DNA of 46,433 bases from Candidatus Bathyarchaeota archaeon (GTDB lineage: Archaea > Thermoproteota > Bathyarchaeia > RBG-16-48-13 > JAGMEO01), in contig JAUVYS010000002.1 of the NCBI GenBank assembly GCA_030602965.1, forward strand, positions 1-46,433, in the 5' to 3' direction. Under the pieces are notes generated by a model, which did not search any database, had not been told where the DNA came from, and saw only the letters and a program-made list of their open reading frames with translations. How positions within the stretch are numbered: the first letter of the stretch is position 1; each line of letters begins with the position of its first letter. Positions 37,180-45,409 of the stretch are shown here, piece after piece. The position numbers were made by a program, and so were the translations under genes.

Positions 37180-38520
37180 TCAATCCGAATCTACCCATTC
37201 CTTCATGAATTCTTCAGTAAACTCTTCTTTCGCGCGCGGTGTTTTTCTCTGTGTTAATCGTTCTCCAGAAGGTTTCTTAATAATTAAAGCTCCACTTTTT
37301 TGTAATCGATAATAACTCTCCTCCACTTCACCAGGAGCTAAATTCAACTTACGCGCTGCAACTCCTGTGTCTATTTCAGCAGCACCGTCTTCTATCTGTT
37401 TAAGAACATAATTGAGAACTCGTTTATCAACTACACCATCTGTAACTTGTTTAGACGGTGTTTCTTCACGTCTTCTCCCTTCTCGGGTTCTTCTTTCACG
37501 CGTTCTTTCTTCGCGTGTAGGTCGTGTTTCTTTAAAGGCTTTTACTGCTTCTTTACTCACTTCTCCAAAAGTGGATATTGCAACGGCTCTCCAATCGAGC
37601 ATTCCTCCTTCACCACCACTTTTAAATTTTTTACCGACTTCATCCATTTTATTTGTTATTGTAATTAAAGCATCCAATAAATCAGTTAATTTACTAGTTT
37701 CGGTCCCGCCTTCTTTACCAATAGTTTCTAATTTCGCTGTGACTCTACCTAGTTCCTCTCTTAATGGCTGGATTTCATCTTTGAATTCTGCTTTACGTTC
37801 CAGATCTTTTACTTTAGACTTTTCAACTTGTAACTCTGATTCTGGTGATGCTTGATAAACACCCTCCTCTTTATTTAGAATCATGTCTATTTGATTTCCC
37901 ATTTGATTCATTGTAACGATAAGAGGGTTGACGGCATCTTGTAATTCGTTTTTACCTTCAAGTCTCTCCAGTCTCTTCATCATATATTCCATTTCAGGAT
38001 TTTTACCGGGGTTTCCTCCTCCCATATCTCCCATTCCTCCTCCCATTAAGATACGCATAGCCATGACTTGTGGAAGAAATCTATCCATTATTTTCATAAA
38101 TTGGTCTTGTCCTTCTTTATTTAATTGTGGAATTTGCTTTAGAAGTTGATCTCCTACTTTAGCTGCGACAACAGCGTTTATAGTGTCTTTAGTTGCTTTT
38201 GATGAAGGCGTGTCAGGTAAAACACTTAAGGTTCGGTTTATCGCGTCTATTGTCGGCATTAACTGTTCTAGTTCACTGTATGGATTGAAACCCATGTCAG
38301 AGAATGTTTTAGTTAAGAGGATAGCGGCTTGTTTCTTGTTAGGAATTCCCATTTTTTCACAGTATAATTCGAGAAAAGTATCGAATTCCGGCCTGTCAAG
38401 AGGTGTCTTAATTGTAACTATCGGCGGTTCTTTTTTTAGTACAGGTTTTTCTTCTTCTATACTTTCAGTAAGTGTTTCTTCTTCTTGAATTCTTTCTTCT
38501 TGTGTTTCTAGCTCAGACAT
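37180..38520 (-). CDS. Long coiled-coil protein with C-terminal winged helix
   Basis: Heptads; DKRVLNYV...IDTGVAARKLNLAPGEVEESYYRLQKSG. Confidence 0.7.
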   Translation of the reverse strand: MSELETQEERIQEEETLTESIEEEKPVLKKEPPIVTIKTPLDRPEFDTFLELYCEKMGIPNKKQAAILLTKTFSDMGFNPYSELEQLMPTIDAINRTLSVLPDTPSSKATKDTINAVVAAKVGDQLLKQIPQLNKEGQDQFMKIMDRFLPQVMAMRILMGGGMGDMGGGNPGKNPEMEYMMKRLERLEGKNELQDAVNPLIVTMNQMGNQIDMILNKEEGVYQASPESELQVEKSKVKDLERKAEFKDEIQPLREELGRVTAKLETIGKEGGTETSKLTDLLDALITITNKMDEVGKKFKSGGEGGMLDWRAVAISTFGEVSKEAVKAFKETRPTREERTRERRTREGRRREETPSKQVTDGVVDKRVLNYVLKQIEDGAAEIDTGVAARKLNLAPGEVEESYYRLQKSGALIIKKPSGERLTQRKTPRAKEEFTEEFMKEWVDSD

Positions 38521-39160
38521 TTTGTTGTCCTCTAATTAAAATTTGTAATTGTGATGCCACGTGCTCTTGTACGGTTGGATTCACTTCATAACCGAGTGCG
38601 CGTAACTGAATAAGTTTATTTATAAACTCTGTGTAGATTCTGAAAGCGGCTAATCGAGTGAATATTGGTTGAGTGGATTCAACTAGGATGCTTGAGAGAG
38701 CGCGTAAACTATTCATTTCTTGCACCATGTTTTCTATTTGATCACCATATTCTTCATAGGTTGTAATTGCTGTTGTGACATATTCTTCCATGCTCATTCC
38801 ATGTGTAGCCGCGTTCATGTAATATTCACTGATTATTTTTTTACCGATTTTTCCAATATCAGCAAAAAATAGTTTGTAAGCATCATCACCTATCTTTATC
38901 TCTGGAGCTTTAGTACCTTTAGAGGCGGGAACTCCTCTCGTTTTCCGCCAACCACTGAATGAAGTGTTTAAGCGTTTATATGTCGGTTGATCATAACCGA
39001 AGCCTTCCATCACTAAAGTTTTCAGTTGGAAGCCTGGTTGATCCCGTACTGAAACTATCCACTCAAATAATGTATCTCTTTCTTGTTGATTCAATCTTCT
39101 AGTTATACGCGCGGTAATGATAGCTTGAATCTCTTCAGGAACTTCATCTGGAGAAATCAT
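38513..39160 (-). CDS. Hypothetical helical protein
   Basis: 215-aa ORF, coupled on both sides. Confidence 0.7.
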   Translation of the reverse strand: MISPDEVPEEIQAIITARITRRLNQQERDTLFEWIVSVRDQPGFQLKTLVMEGFGYDQPTYKRLNTSFSGWRKTRGVPASKGTKAPEIKIGDDAYKLFFADIGKIGKKIISEYYMNAATHGMSMEEYVTTAITTYEEYGDQIENMVQEMNSLRALSSILVESTQPIFTRLAAFRIYTEFINKLIQLRALGYEVNPTVQEHVASQLQILIRGQQNV

Positions 39161-39336
39161 TAGTCTTCCACATTTTTTTGTTTCATTCCTAAGTGATTTC
39201 GTAAAATCATCTCTATATAAAAGCTTAAAGCTGATTTTCTATTCCCGAATAATTCACGCGCTTTAGCTTCAGCTTCTTTTTTCACTGTTGTTGTAAGAGT
39301 GAACATAAACTTTGAGGTTTCTTCAGTATCAACCAA
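39160..39336 (-). CDS. Ribbon-helix-helix protein (58 aa, not in ORF track)
   Basis: MVDTEETSKFMFTLTTTVKKEAEAKARELFGNRKSALSFYIEMILRNHLG...; TAATG-coupled. Confidence 0.65.
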   Translation of the reverse strand: MVDTEETSKFMFTLTTTVKKEAEAKARELFGNRKSALSFYIEMILRNHLGMKQKNVED

Positions 39337-39340
39337 TTAC

Positions 39341-39361
39341 TATACCTAAAGATTACTTAAG
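39341..39361. repeat. 21-bp motif, copy 2 (promoter/operator candidate)
   Basis: 4 nt upstream of the RHH start; see 27485..27505. Confidence 0.8.
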
Positions 39362-39450
39362 GTATCATAAGTCATATAAGGATACTGTATAGAAAAAAAA
39401 TGAAGCAAAGTTTTTATGGCTAAAAAAACCAATATTAATTCGTTGGTAAT

Positions 39451-39807
39451 ATGCCGATTCTTTTTGAAGAGCATGAGTTTCATACAATTGACATTTACGA
39501 GTTTCAATGGGGAGAATTAGTAACCTTAGAACAAGTAAAAAACGCTTTTGAAAATCAAGGTGGCGTAGTGATTGCTCATGAAGGCTATCCAGAATGGACT
39601 AAAGCCGTGATATTGAGTGAGGAAAACAGTCTTTCTTGGGCGGATGCAGAAGCAATAGCTAACGCTTTAGCTGTTAAGTACCCGGGTGGATTATGGACTT
39701 GGATGGTTCACAGCGATAAATTATATGGATACACTAAGAGCCTATGGACAATAAGCGGAGTCGCTATTGCAGGAGTCACAGGATTAGCTATAGGATTCAT
39801 GTTGTAA
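39451..39807 (+). CDS. MPILFE-tagged protein with C-terminal TM
   Basis: GCAAAGTTTTTAT promoter; C-terminal hydrophobic helix. Confidence 0.7.
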   Translation: MPILFEEHEFHTIDIYEFQWGELVTLEQVKNAFENQGGVVIAHEGYPEWTKAVILSEENSLSWADAEAIANALAVKYPGGLWTWMVHSDKLYGYTKSLWTISGVAIAGVTGLAIGFML

Positions 39808-40304
39808 TGAACTTATTATTTGTTATAGGATCTCTTTTTGCTGGTCAATGGGTACTGAATCAAGTTTATAATATTGTTGAAAAGAACACTGTAAGTCTAC
39901 GCGCGCGTGAATATGCTGATTCATTAGGTTTACCTGTCTTAGATTTTGGTTGCGGGATTGATCCTAGAGGAGACTATAATGTAGATATAACTCATAGACC
40001 AGTAGCTTCTAATTTCACTTTAATACAATCTTTTGAAAAATCATATTTACCTTTTCCAGACAAGTTTTTTGGTTCAGCCTTATGTTTCCACGTTCTTGAA
40101 CACGTCAATGATCCTCAACATACACTAGATGAATTATCCAGAGTAGCGGAACGAGTCTTCGTTATAACCCCTCATCCTTTCTTCTGGAGAACATGGATTC
40201 ATGGAGGCCATAAATGGATATTTATCAACGGAGTCTGCTATAGAAACCCTTTACATTCAACAATAGAAGAATTAAACGATATACCGATCCTCTACCCTGA
40301 ATAA
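39807..40304 (+). CDS. Membrane-anchored class I SAM methyltransferase with DIPILYPE tail
   Basis: VLDFGCG, LPFPDKFF, HVLEHV; N-terminal TM; TAATG-coupled. Confidence 0.85.
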   Translation: MNLLFVIGSLFAGQWVLNQVYNIVEKNTVSLRAREYADSLGLPVLDFGCGIDPRGDYNVDITHRPVASNFTLIQSFEKSYLPFPDKFFGSALCFHVLEHVNDPQHTLDELSRVAERVFVITPHPFFWRTWIHGGHKWIFINGVCYRNPLHSTIEELNDIPILYPE

Positions 40305-40466
40305 ACTATATTTCTTCAACTGAATCTTTCTTCTTTTCGGGTTCTACAGTTACTTCTATTCCTGGAAACATTGAAGTTATTGCTTTTACAACGGTTTCTT
40401 TTGTCGGTAAAGTAACTTTCAAAGTTAAAGTTCTAGTTTCTTCCTCAACCTTTTTTTCTTCTTCAC

Positions 40467-41051
40467 TCATGAATTAATCACCTCCTTTGTCTTCTTACTT
40501 TTTCGGGGGAATTCCCATACAAAGTCGAAGATGTCTGGATTATCAACTTTTGTACCTTCAAATACTGCTAAGATAAGAGTGAGATTATTGTTCTGTTGTT
40601 TAATGAGTTTGTATCCTGTGAGTTTAGGACCATCTCTCAAAAGGTTGCTTCTCGGGTTAATTTCACATTCTATGATATACATCATTTGACCATAAGCCAT
40701 CTTAACTAATTCAGCATAGGCATCCATGTTTCCAAGTTTTTTGTGTCTTTCAGCATTCTTCATTAAGTCAGAGTCTAATGAATCTAATGGTTCTTTTTGT
40801 TTGTATCGATCAGCTTTCGCATCAAACTGAGCTATACAAGCTATATCCGCATACATACGTACTTCTGCGAACGCTACTCTTGAATAACCAAAACCTAGTC
40901 CTCTGATTTCGCTTTGAGTCTTAACATCTAAGGGCATTTCTCTAACTACAGTTATGTTTAACCATTTGTCTCCTATCAACTCCTTGAGAAGTTTTTGACT
41001 AGCCATACGTATTAGGTTTTGATGTCCAGAAGATCCGCTACGACCACTCAT
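40467..41051 (-). CDS. PD-(D/E)XK-like nuclease fold protein
   Basis: H-helix, RE, YADI, IIECE. Confidence 0.5.
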   Translation of the reverse strand: MSGRSGSSGHQNLIRMASQKLLKELIGDKWLNITVVREMPLDVKTQSEIRGLGFGYSRVAFAEVRMYADIACIAQFDAKADRYKQKEPLDSLDSDLMKNAERHKKLGNMDAYAELVKMAYGQMMYIIECEINPRSNLLRDGPKLTGYKLIKQQNNNLTLILAVFEGTKVDNPDIFDFVWEFPRKSKKTKEVINS

Positions 41052-41095
41052 ATTATAATCATCTATGCTCTATGATTTTTAACGGTTCTCACAGC

Positions 41096-41377
41096 TTAAC
41101 CTTCACGTATATGCTCACGTAGTTTAATTTCAAATTTGCAGTATTTACAACTTATTTGTTCTGTTGTCCATAAAGAATTCCTAAATTTACGCATACTTAC
41201 GTATAGACTATGTATTCCTTTTGGACATAAGATATAACAAAAAAAAATGGCGGTTGGTTGAGAAATTAAAAAAAATCGTATGAAGGTGAAAAGTCTTGCC
41301 TTAAATTGTGATACTCGGATTCTCAACTTCAAGACTTTTAGTTTTAATCGTCGCTTGATCTTGTCCATCTGATTCAT
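41096..41377 (-). CDS. Basic hypothetical protein with C/H motif
   Basis: CPKGIH...CKYC. Confidence 0.45.
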   Translation of the reverse strand: MNQMDKIKRRLKLKVLKLRIRVSQFKARLFTFIRFFLISQPTAIFFCYILCPKGIHSLYVSMRKFRNSLWTTEQISCKYCKFEIKLREHIREG

Positions 41378-41385
41378 GATCTTAT

Positions 41386-41570
41386 CTCACGCGTATTTGA
41401 TTCTAGATCCATCAGTTTTTAGCGAGACAAAAAGGACAGACATAACCACTCCAACCAGGTATAATATATGGAGTGTACGTTCTATGACCACACTTCAAAC
41501 AAAGAAATGGTCGGCCTGATGGGTTGAATTCTGAATTACCTAAACGATACTCCCTAACTTGCGTGGTGAG
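41386..41570 (+). ncRNA. Candidate structured element (~185 nt)
   Basis: Nested helices 41406-15/41516-25, 41447-53/41469-75, 41486-90/41508-12. Confidence 0.3.
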
Positions 41571-41587
41571 TACATACTTCATCACAA

Positions 41588-41794
41588 TCATCTTCTTTTT
41601 TTCTTTTTTCGATATAAAACACTTCGATATTTACGTTTTACTCTATCGGATTCTCTTATTTTCGCTTTCACATTATCTCTTATCGAGTAAACAGTTGATG
41701 GTTTTATTTCTAGCTTATCCGCAAGAACCTTTACTGTCTTGTTTTGTAATCCGTCAAGAATTTCCTTTTGGCGTTTAGAGAGAAAATAAACCAT
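41588..41794 (-). CDS. LuxR/sigma-R4-like HTH protein
   Basis: LSKRQKEIL...LADKLEIKPSTV. Confidence 0.75.
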   Translation of the reverse strand: MVYFLSKRQKEILDGLQNKTVKVLADKLEIKPSTVYSIRDNVKAKIRESDRVKRKYRSVLYRKKKKRR

Positions 41795-42150
41795 TATTCT
41801 ATCTCCTTAATTCGTTCTATTTTTAAGGGAATAACAATTTTTCCCTTGAAAAAGTCAGTAGCCATTATCCAAACTTCATTCACATATCTAAAAAGGTCAG
41901 GTATCACAACAATAAACTTAGTAATACCAATATCCATAGAAATATTTTGTTTCTGCCAATACTGTAACTTATCTACTGTTGGACTTAAAGATTCATACTC
42001 TACTCGCAGCACTTCATCATTTTTACTCATGAGTAAATCAGGTTTGAACTTAATCTTCATTATTCCCTTAACTTCTTCACGCTTGAATCCTTTTTCAGCC
42101 AGAATACGGCTGATCCGATCAATTATAGCATCATGTTCCTGTTTTGCCAT
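41794..42150 (-). CDS. PD-(D/E)XK nuclease-like protein
   Basis: EH...KGF...KPDLL...VEYE; start moved to MAKQEH behind an AAAGTTTATAT promoter. Confidence 0.6.
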   Translation of the reverse strand: MAKQEHDAIIDRISRILAEKGFKREEVKGIMKIKFKPDLLMSKNDEVLRVEYESLSPTVDKLQYWQKQNISMDIGITKFIVVIPDLFRYVNEVWIMATDFFKGKIVIPLKIERIKEIE

Positions 42151-42312
42151 CTTAAACACAATTTTGCTATTATCTAGGTATAGCAAATATAAACTTTACT
42201 ATACCCTATATGGCTATGCTATCTTAAGGGATGGAGATTAACTTACTATTTCTCAGTCAATAACCAGGACTAAACACCATTACTTTCCATCATTAAACAC
42301 TGTTTTTACCAT

Positions 42313-42474
42313 ACAAAAAATCATTGTCGAGAGAGTGTAGCCATAGTGTGAGAAGATTATCTACACCCTCCCTCCAAAATTAACGTAGACCTGCTTCAGC
42401 TTTGTAAGCTGTTTCAGAGACCTGGCCTTTCCAAGGTCCACAACAGATCTACGTCCAGAGGTGATGTTCTTTGT
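42313..42474 (-). ncRNA. Candidate structured RNA (~165 nt), divergent from parA
   Basis: Six nested helices that pair on the minus strand using G-U; AATAAATTTATAT promoter at 42512-42524. Confidence 0.5.
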
Positions 42475-42540
42475 CAGTCAACTCTGAGATTGTAAGTAAA
42501 ATAACGATATCATATAAATTTATTGGTTTAACTGTGAATA

Positions 42541-42610
42541 AAGGTTATAAGGTGTAAGTTATAAGGTGCAAGGTATACGTGATAAGGTATCAGGTGTAAG
42601 GTATACGTGA
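42541..42610 (+). repeat. Ten tandem heptads (TAAGGTR-like), candidate centromere/operator
   Basis: AAGGTTA TAAGGTG TAAGTTA TAAGGTG CAAGGTA TACGTGA TAAGGTA TCAGGTG TAAGGTA TACGTGA, overlapping the parA start. Confidence 0.85.
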
Positions 42611-43362
42611 TAACTATAGCTGTTACTAACCAGAAAGGAGGAACAGGAAAAACGACGTGTTCAGTGAATTTGGCTGCTGCCCTTGCCTTAGCAGGAAAAA
42701 AAACTTTGCTTTTAGACCTTGATCCTCAAAGCCACTCAACAATCAGCCTTGGAATTGAAAAGAATAGTTTTACCGCGTCAATGTATGATGTTTTGATTGG
42801 GAATATAAGTTTACCTTCAACTCTCTTAAAGACTGAGATTAACGGATTGTTTGTTGGACCTGCTGACATAAATTTAGCTGGAGTCGAATTTGAATTTGTT
42901 ACACGGCCTAACAGAGAAAACGTTTTGAAGAATGTTCTAACAAAAATTATTGATATTGACGTTTGTATCTTGGACACTCCGCCAAACTTGGGACTGTTAA
43001 CAATCAACAGTTTATGTGCATCTGATTATTTGATAATTCCCATAAGTGTGGGTTTCCTTCCCCTTGAAGGACTTAAACGATTACTGGACGTGGTTGAATT
43101 AGTGAAGGAGAGACTAGGCGCAAAAACGAAACTTTTAGGAACTGTCATAACGTTCTATGATGAAAGAACCAGACTGAGTAAAGAAAGCACTGAGGAGATC
43201 CAGAGGTTCTTCAAAGAAAAATGCTTTAAAACTGTGATTCATAGATGCGTGAAAATCGCGGAGGCTCCATCTCACGGAGAAACAATCTTCACTTACGCTT
43301 CAAAAAGTCGATCAGCCAAAGAATTTAAAGAATTAGGAAAAGAGGTATTGAAATATGTCTAA
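42607..43362 (+). CDS. parA: ParA/Soj-family ATPase
   Basis: NQKGGTGKTT, DLDPQ, LDTPP, EAPSHG. Confidence 0.95.
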   Translation: MITIAVTNQKGGTGKTTCSVNLAAALALAGKKTLLLDLDPQSHSTISLGIEKNSFTASMYDVLIGNISLPSTLLKTEINGLFVGPADINLAGVEFEFVTRPNRENVLKNVLTKIIDIDVCILDTPPNLGLLTINSLCASDYLIIPISVGFLPLEGLKRLLDVVELVKERLGAKTKLLGTVITFYDERTRLSKESTEEIQRFFKEKCFKTVIHRCVKIAEAPSHGETIFTYASKSRSAKEFKELGKEVLKYV

Positions 43363-43624
43363 AAAAGCGTTAGGTAAAGGAATAGGATCAGGGCTTGATT
43401 CTGTCATACGTCCGGATCGCCAGATTGGAGTCGAGCAAAAGCGTGACATGCGCGCGATTAAAACCGTTAATCCACGAATCACCGTGTACTCTCCCGTAGC
43501 AGCCTCCGTTCTCACCCACCTAAAAAATACACAGCCTAACTTCAGCAAAAGTAAAATAGCCTGTGAAATCTTAGAAGAAGGCTTAAAAAAGCATTATCCT
43601 GAAATATGGATAAAGTTTGAATAG
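43355..43624 (+). CDS. Mini partition adaptor: ParB-type N-terminal peptide plus RHH-like domain
   Basis: KKALGKG...LDSVI then ITVY strand and SKSKIACEILEEGL helix. Confidence 0.65.
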   Translation: MSKKALGKGIGSGLDSVIRPDRQIGVEQKRDMRAIKTVNPRITVYSPVAASVLTHLKNTQPNFSKSKIACEILEEGLKKHYPEIWIKFE

Positions 43625-43692
43625 GTGAAACTAAATAGGAGCACTAAAAATATGGACTCGGACAGCGTTCATAAAACTTCAATGATCGATCT

Positions 43693-43878
43693 TCAAGATT
43701 CATTTTTTTTCAATTCCTCTACCTTTAATGCAATTTCTCTCATCTTTTTTAAAGACTCCAGTTGATATTCTACTTCTAGTTGGATTTTCTTTACTTGATA
43801 AAATATTATTCCAAGCCTAAAGCAAACTATTAATCCTCCTAAAAAAATCCCTAGTATAAAAACGAGTAATAAATTCAT
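43693..43878 (-). CDS. Small membrane-anchored coiled-coil protein
   Basis: N-terminal TM helix. Confidence 0.55.
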   Translation of the reverse strand: MNLLLVFILGIFLGGLIVCFRLGIIFYQVKKIQLEVEYQLESLKKMREIALKVEELKKNES

Positions 43879-43986
43879 TTTTTATTCTCTCTTTGAAAAG
43901 AAGAAAGTATCACATCAATTATTTTCACAGTTAACTTGGGCTTTTCGATTATGAAGTATGCTGTAAGTCCAGCTAAGATTATTCTG

Positions 43987-44331
43987 TCAATCCTCTTCAT
44001 CAGTTCTCAACTTCTCTTTGTTAATCACTTCTACTTTATAGAGCCATCCATTACTGGTAATAGAAACTTTTTCATTCAACGAAACTATTGCATTTTGCCA
44101 TATATCAATATCACTGAAGCTGCTTCGATCTACAAACGGTCTTAAGTAAAGAGGCTTCCGAAATCCTATCTCTGTTATAAAAACATCAGCGATCTTCTTT
44201 GTTCCACGACCTGAATTAGCCCAATCTTTTCCTGTTTTTTTCCGCTTATTCTTTCGCCAAGTATAAACCATTCCGGTTTTAAGCAAAAACTCTCGTACTT
44301 GCTTAACTGAAAAAGAAATAACCAAATTCAT
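43987..44331 (-). CDS. ASCH/PUA-like protein
   Basis: ISFS...L..G..YT.R and IADVFIT pattern. Confidence 0.5.
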   Translation of the reverse strand: MNLVISFSVKQVREFLLKTGMVYTWRKNKRKKTGKDWANSGRGTKKIADVFITEIGFRKPLYLRPFVDRSSFSDIDIWQNAIVSLNEKVSITSNGWLYKVEVINKEKLRTDEED

Positions 44332-44394
44332 TCCTCCTTTACATTATGGGATCGATCATCCAGTTTTTTTGTACAAAAACAACAATAATTAGAA

Positions 44395-44580
44395 TTATCT
44401 GGAATTTTTTCGTCGTAAAATTCCAATAAATTTATCGATTATCTTATTAGTAAAGCTATATAGTTCATAATGTATTTTACAATAATACCATAACTCAACA
44501 CCTCTTTGGTCTTCAGTAGGCACAGAGATAGCTCCATACACTGATTCTCCACAGTTTTCAACACGACATTTTTTATTCAT
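44395..44580 (-). CDS. Small Zn-finger protein
   Basis: CRVENC...YCKIH. Confidence 0.55.
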   Translation of the reverse strand: MNKKCRVENCGESVYGAISVPTEDQRGVELWYYCKIHYELYSFTNKIIDKFIGILRRKNSR

Positions 44581-44749
44581 TTTTTTTCAATTCATCATTT
44601 AGTTTTTTTCTACAATACGCGCAATAATTAGAGTTATCTGAAATCTTTTCTCCACAGTAAGGACAAGGTATCAACGGTGTGAAATGTGCTTCGATTATTT
44701 GAGCTAGTGAAGGATTCTTATTTAATTTGGGTTTAAACTTTTTATTCAT
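44573..44749 (-). CDS. Zn-ribbon protein (58 aa, not in ORF track)
   Basis: Hand translation contains CPYCGEKISDNSNYCAYCRKKL. Confidence 0.65.
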   Translation of the reverse strand: MNKKFKPKLNKNPSLAQIIEAHFTPLIPCPYCGEKISDNSNYCAYCRKKLNDELKKNE

Positions 44750-44755
44750 ATTTAT

Positions 44756-44938
44756 TCATCCGACTGGAAGTTGTCTTTTAATAGGATGATCCTTTTTTTG
44801 TTCAATCACTTCCCCTTCAAACTCTATTTCACATCCCCAAGATAGAGCCTCATTTAGATCTCCTGCACAACTGGGAAAATCATTACATCCAGAACCTTCA
44901 CATCTAACGACTCCTGTAAACTTCCATACCTTCCTCAT
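44756..44938 (-). CDS. Small Cys-containing protein
   Basis: 60-aa ORF in operon. Confidence 0.45.
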   Translation of the reverse strand: MRKVWKFTGVVRCEGSGCNDFPSCAGDLNEALSWGCEIEFEGEVIEQKKDHPIKRQLPVG

Positions 44939-44958
44939 TTTTAATTCCTATTTGTTTA

Positions 44959-45168
44959 TTACTTTTCTGTGTCGTCTAGTTTCTTTTCTTTGGATAAAAT
45001 TAGATATACTACTGAGGCATAATCACGTAATGTTAAGGGCGTGACTGTTGGATGTCGAGAGAATGCTTCATTAAAAATGATGGGTATTGTAACTTCTGAT
45101 TTTATATCGCGCGCCCATTCAAGTAATGCCATTATACGTTCTTTTCTTATGTCAGCATAAGTAGGCAT
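44959..45168 (-). CDS. Small helical (HTH-like) protein
   Basis: 69-aa ORF with AAGTGA RBS. Confidence 0.55.
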   Translation of the reverse strand: MPTYADIRKERIMALLEWARDIKSEVTIPIIFNEAFSRHPTVTPLTLRDYASVVYLILSKEKKLDDTEK

Positions 45169-45191
45169 AATTTCACTTCTAAATTAATGGA

Positions 45192-45362
45192 CTACTCCAC
45201 TCCTACAATTTCTCCTTGTTGTCTAGCCTGGAGATCTTCTAGTAATAGACGCATACCTGCTCGGATCGCTTCGGTTCTAGTTGCATAAGAGTCTTTTATT
45301 GCTTCATCAAATGATTCTACAAATTTTATAGGCAAAGTAATATGTATTTTCTTTCCATTCAT
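45192..45362 (-). CDS. CopG/MetJ-type ribbon-helix-helix regulator (56 aa, not in ORF track)
   Basis: MNGKKIHITLPIKFVESFDEAIKDSYATRTEAIRAGMRLLL...; AAAAACTTTTTATAT promoter and GAGGT RBS. Confidence 0.8.
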   Translation of the reverse strand: MNGKKIHITLPIKFVESFDEAIKDSYATRTEAIRAGMRLLLEDLQARQQGEIVGVE

Positions 45363-45409
45363 ATCATTACCTCTTTTTATGTATACTTTTATGTATATAA
45401 AAAGTTTTT

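Noticed and set aside
27923..38488. Numerous plus-strand ORFs opposite the ABC, GT and coiled-coil genes
   Set aside because: They lie antisense to well-supported genes, are Ser/Phe/Leu-rich as expected for shadows, and show no motifs.
42383..42454. Hammerhead ribozyme in the three-way junction
   Set aside because: GAAA is present but the CUGANGA core is not in the required position.
42541..42610. Possible CRISPR array or iteron origin
   Set aside because: 7-bp contiguous units without spacers; the position over the parA start fits a centromere/operator. No repeat-spacer array was seen anywhere in the window.
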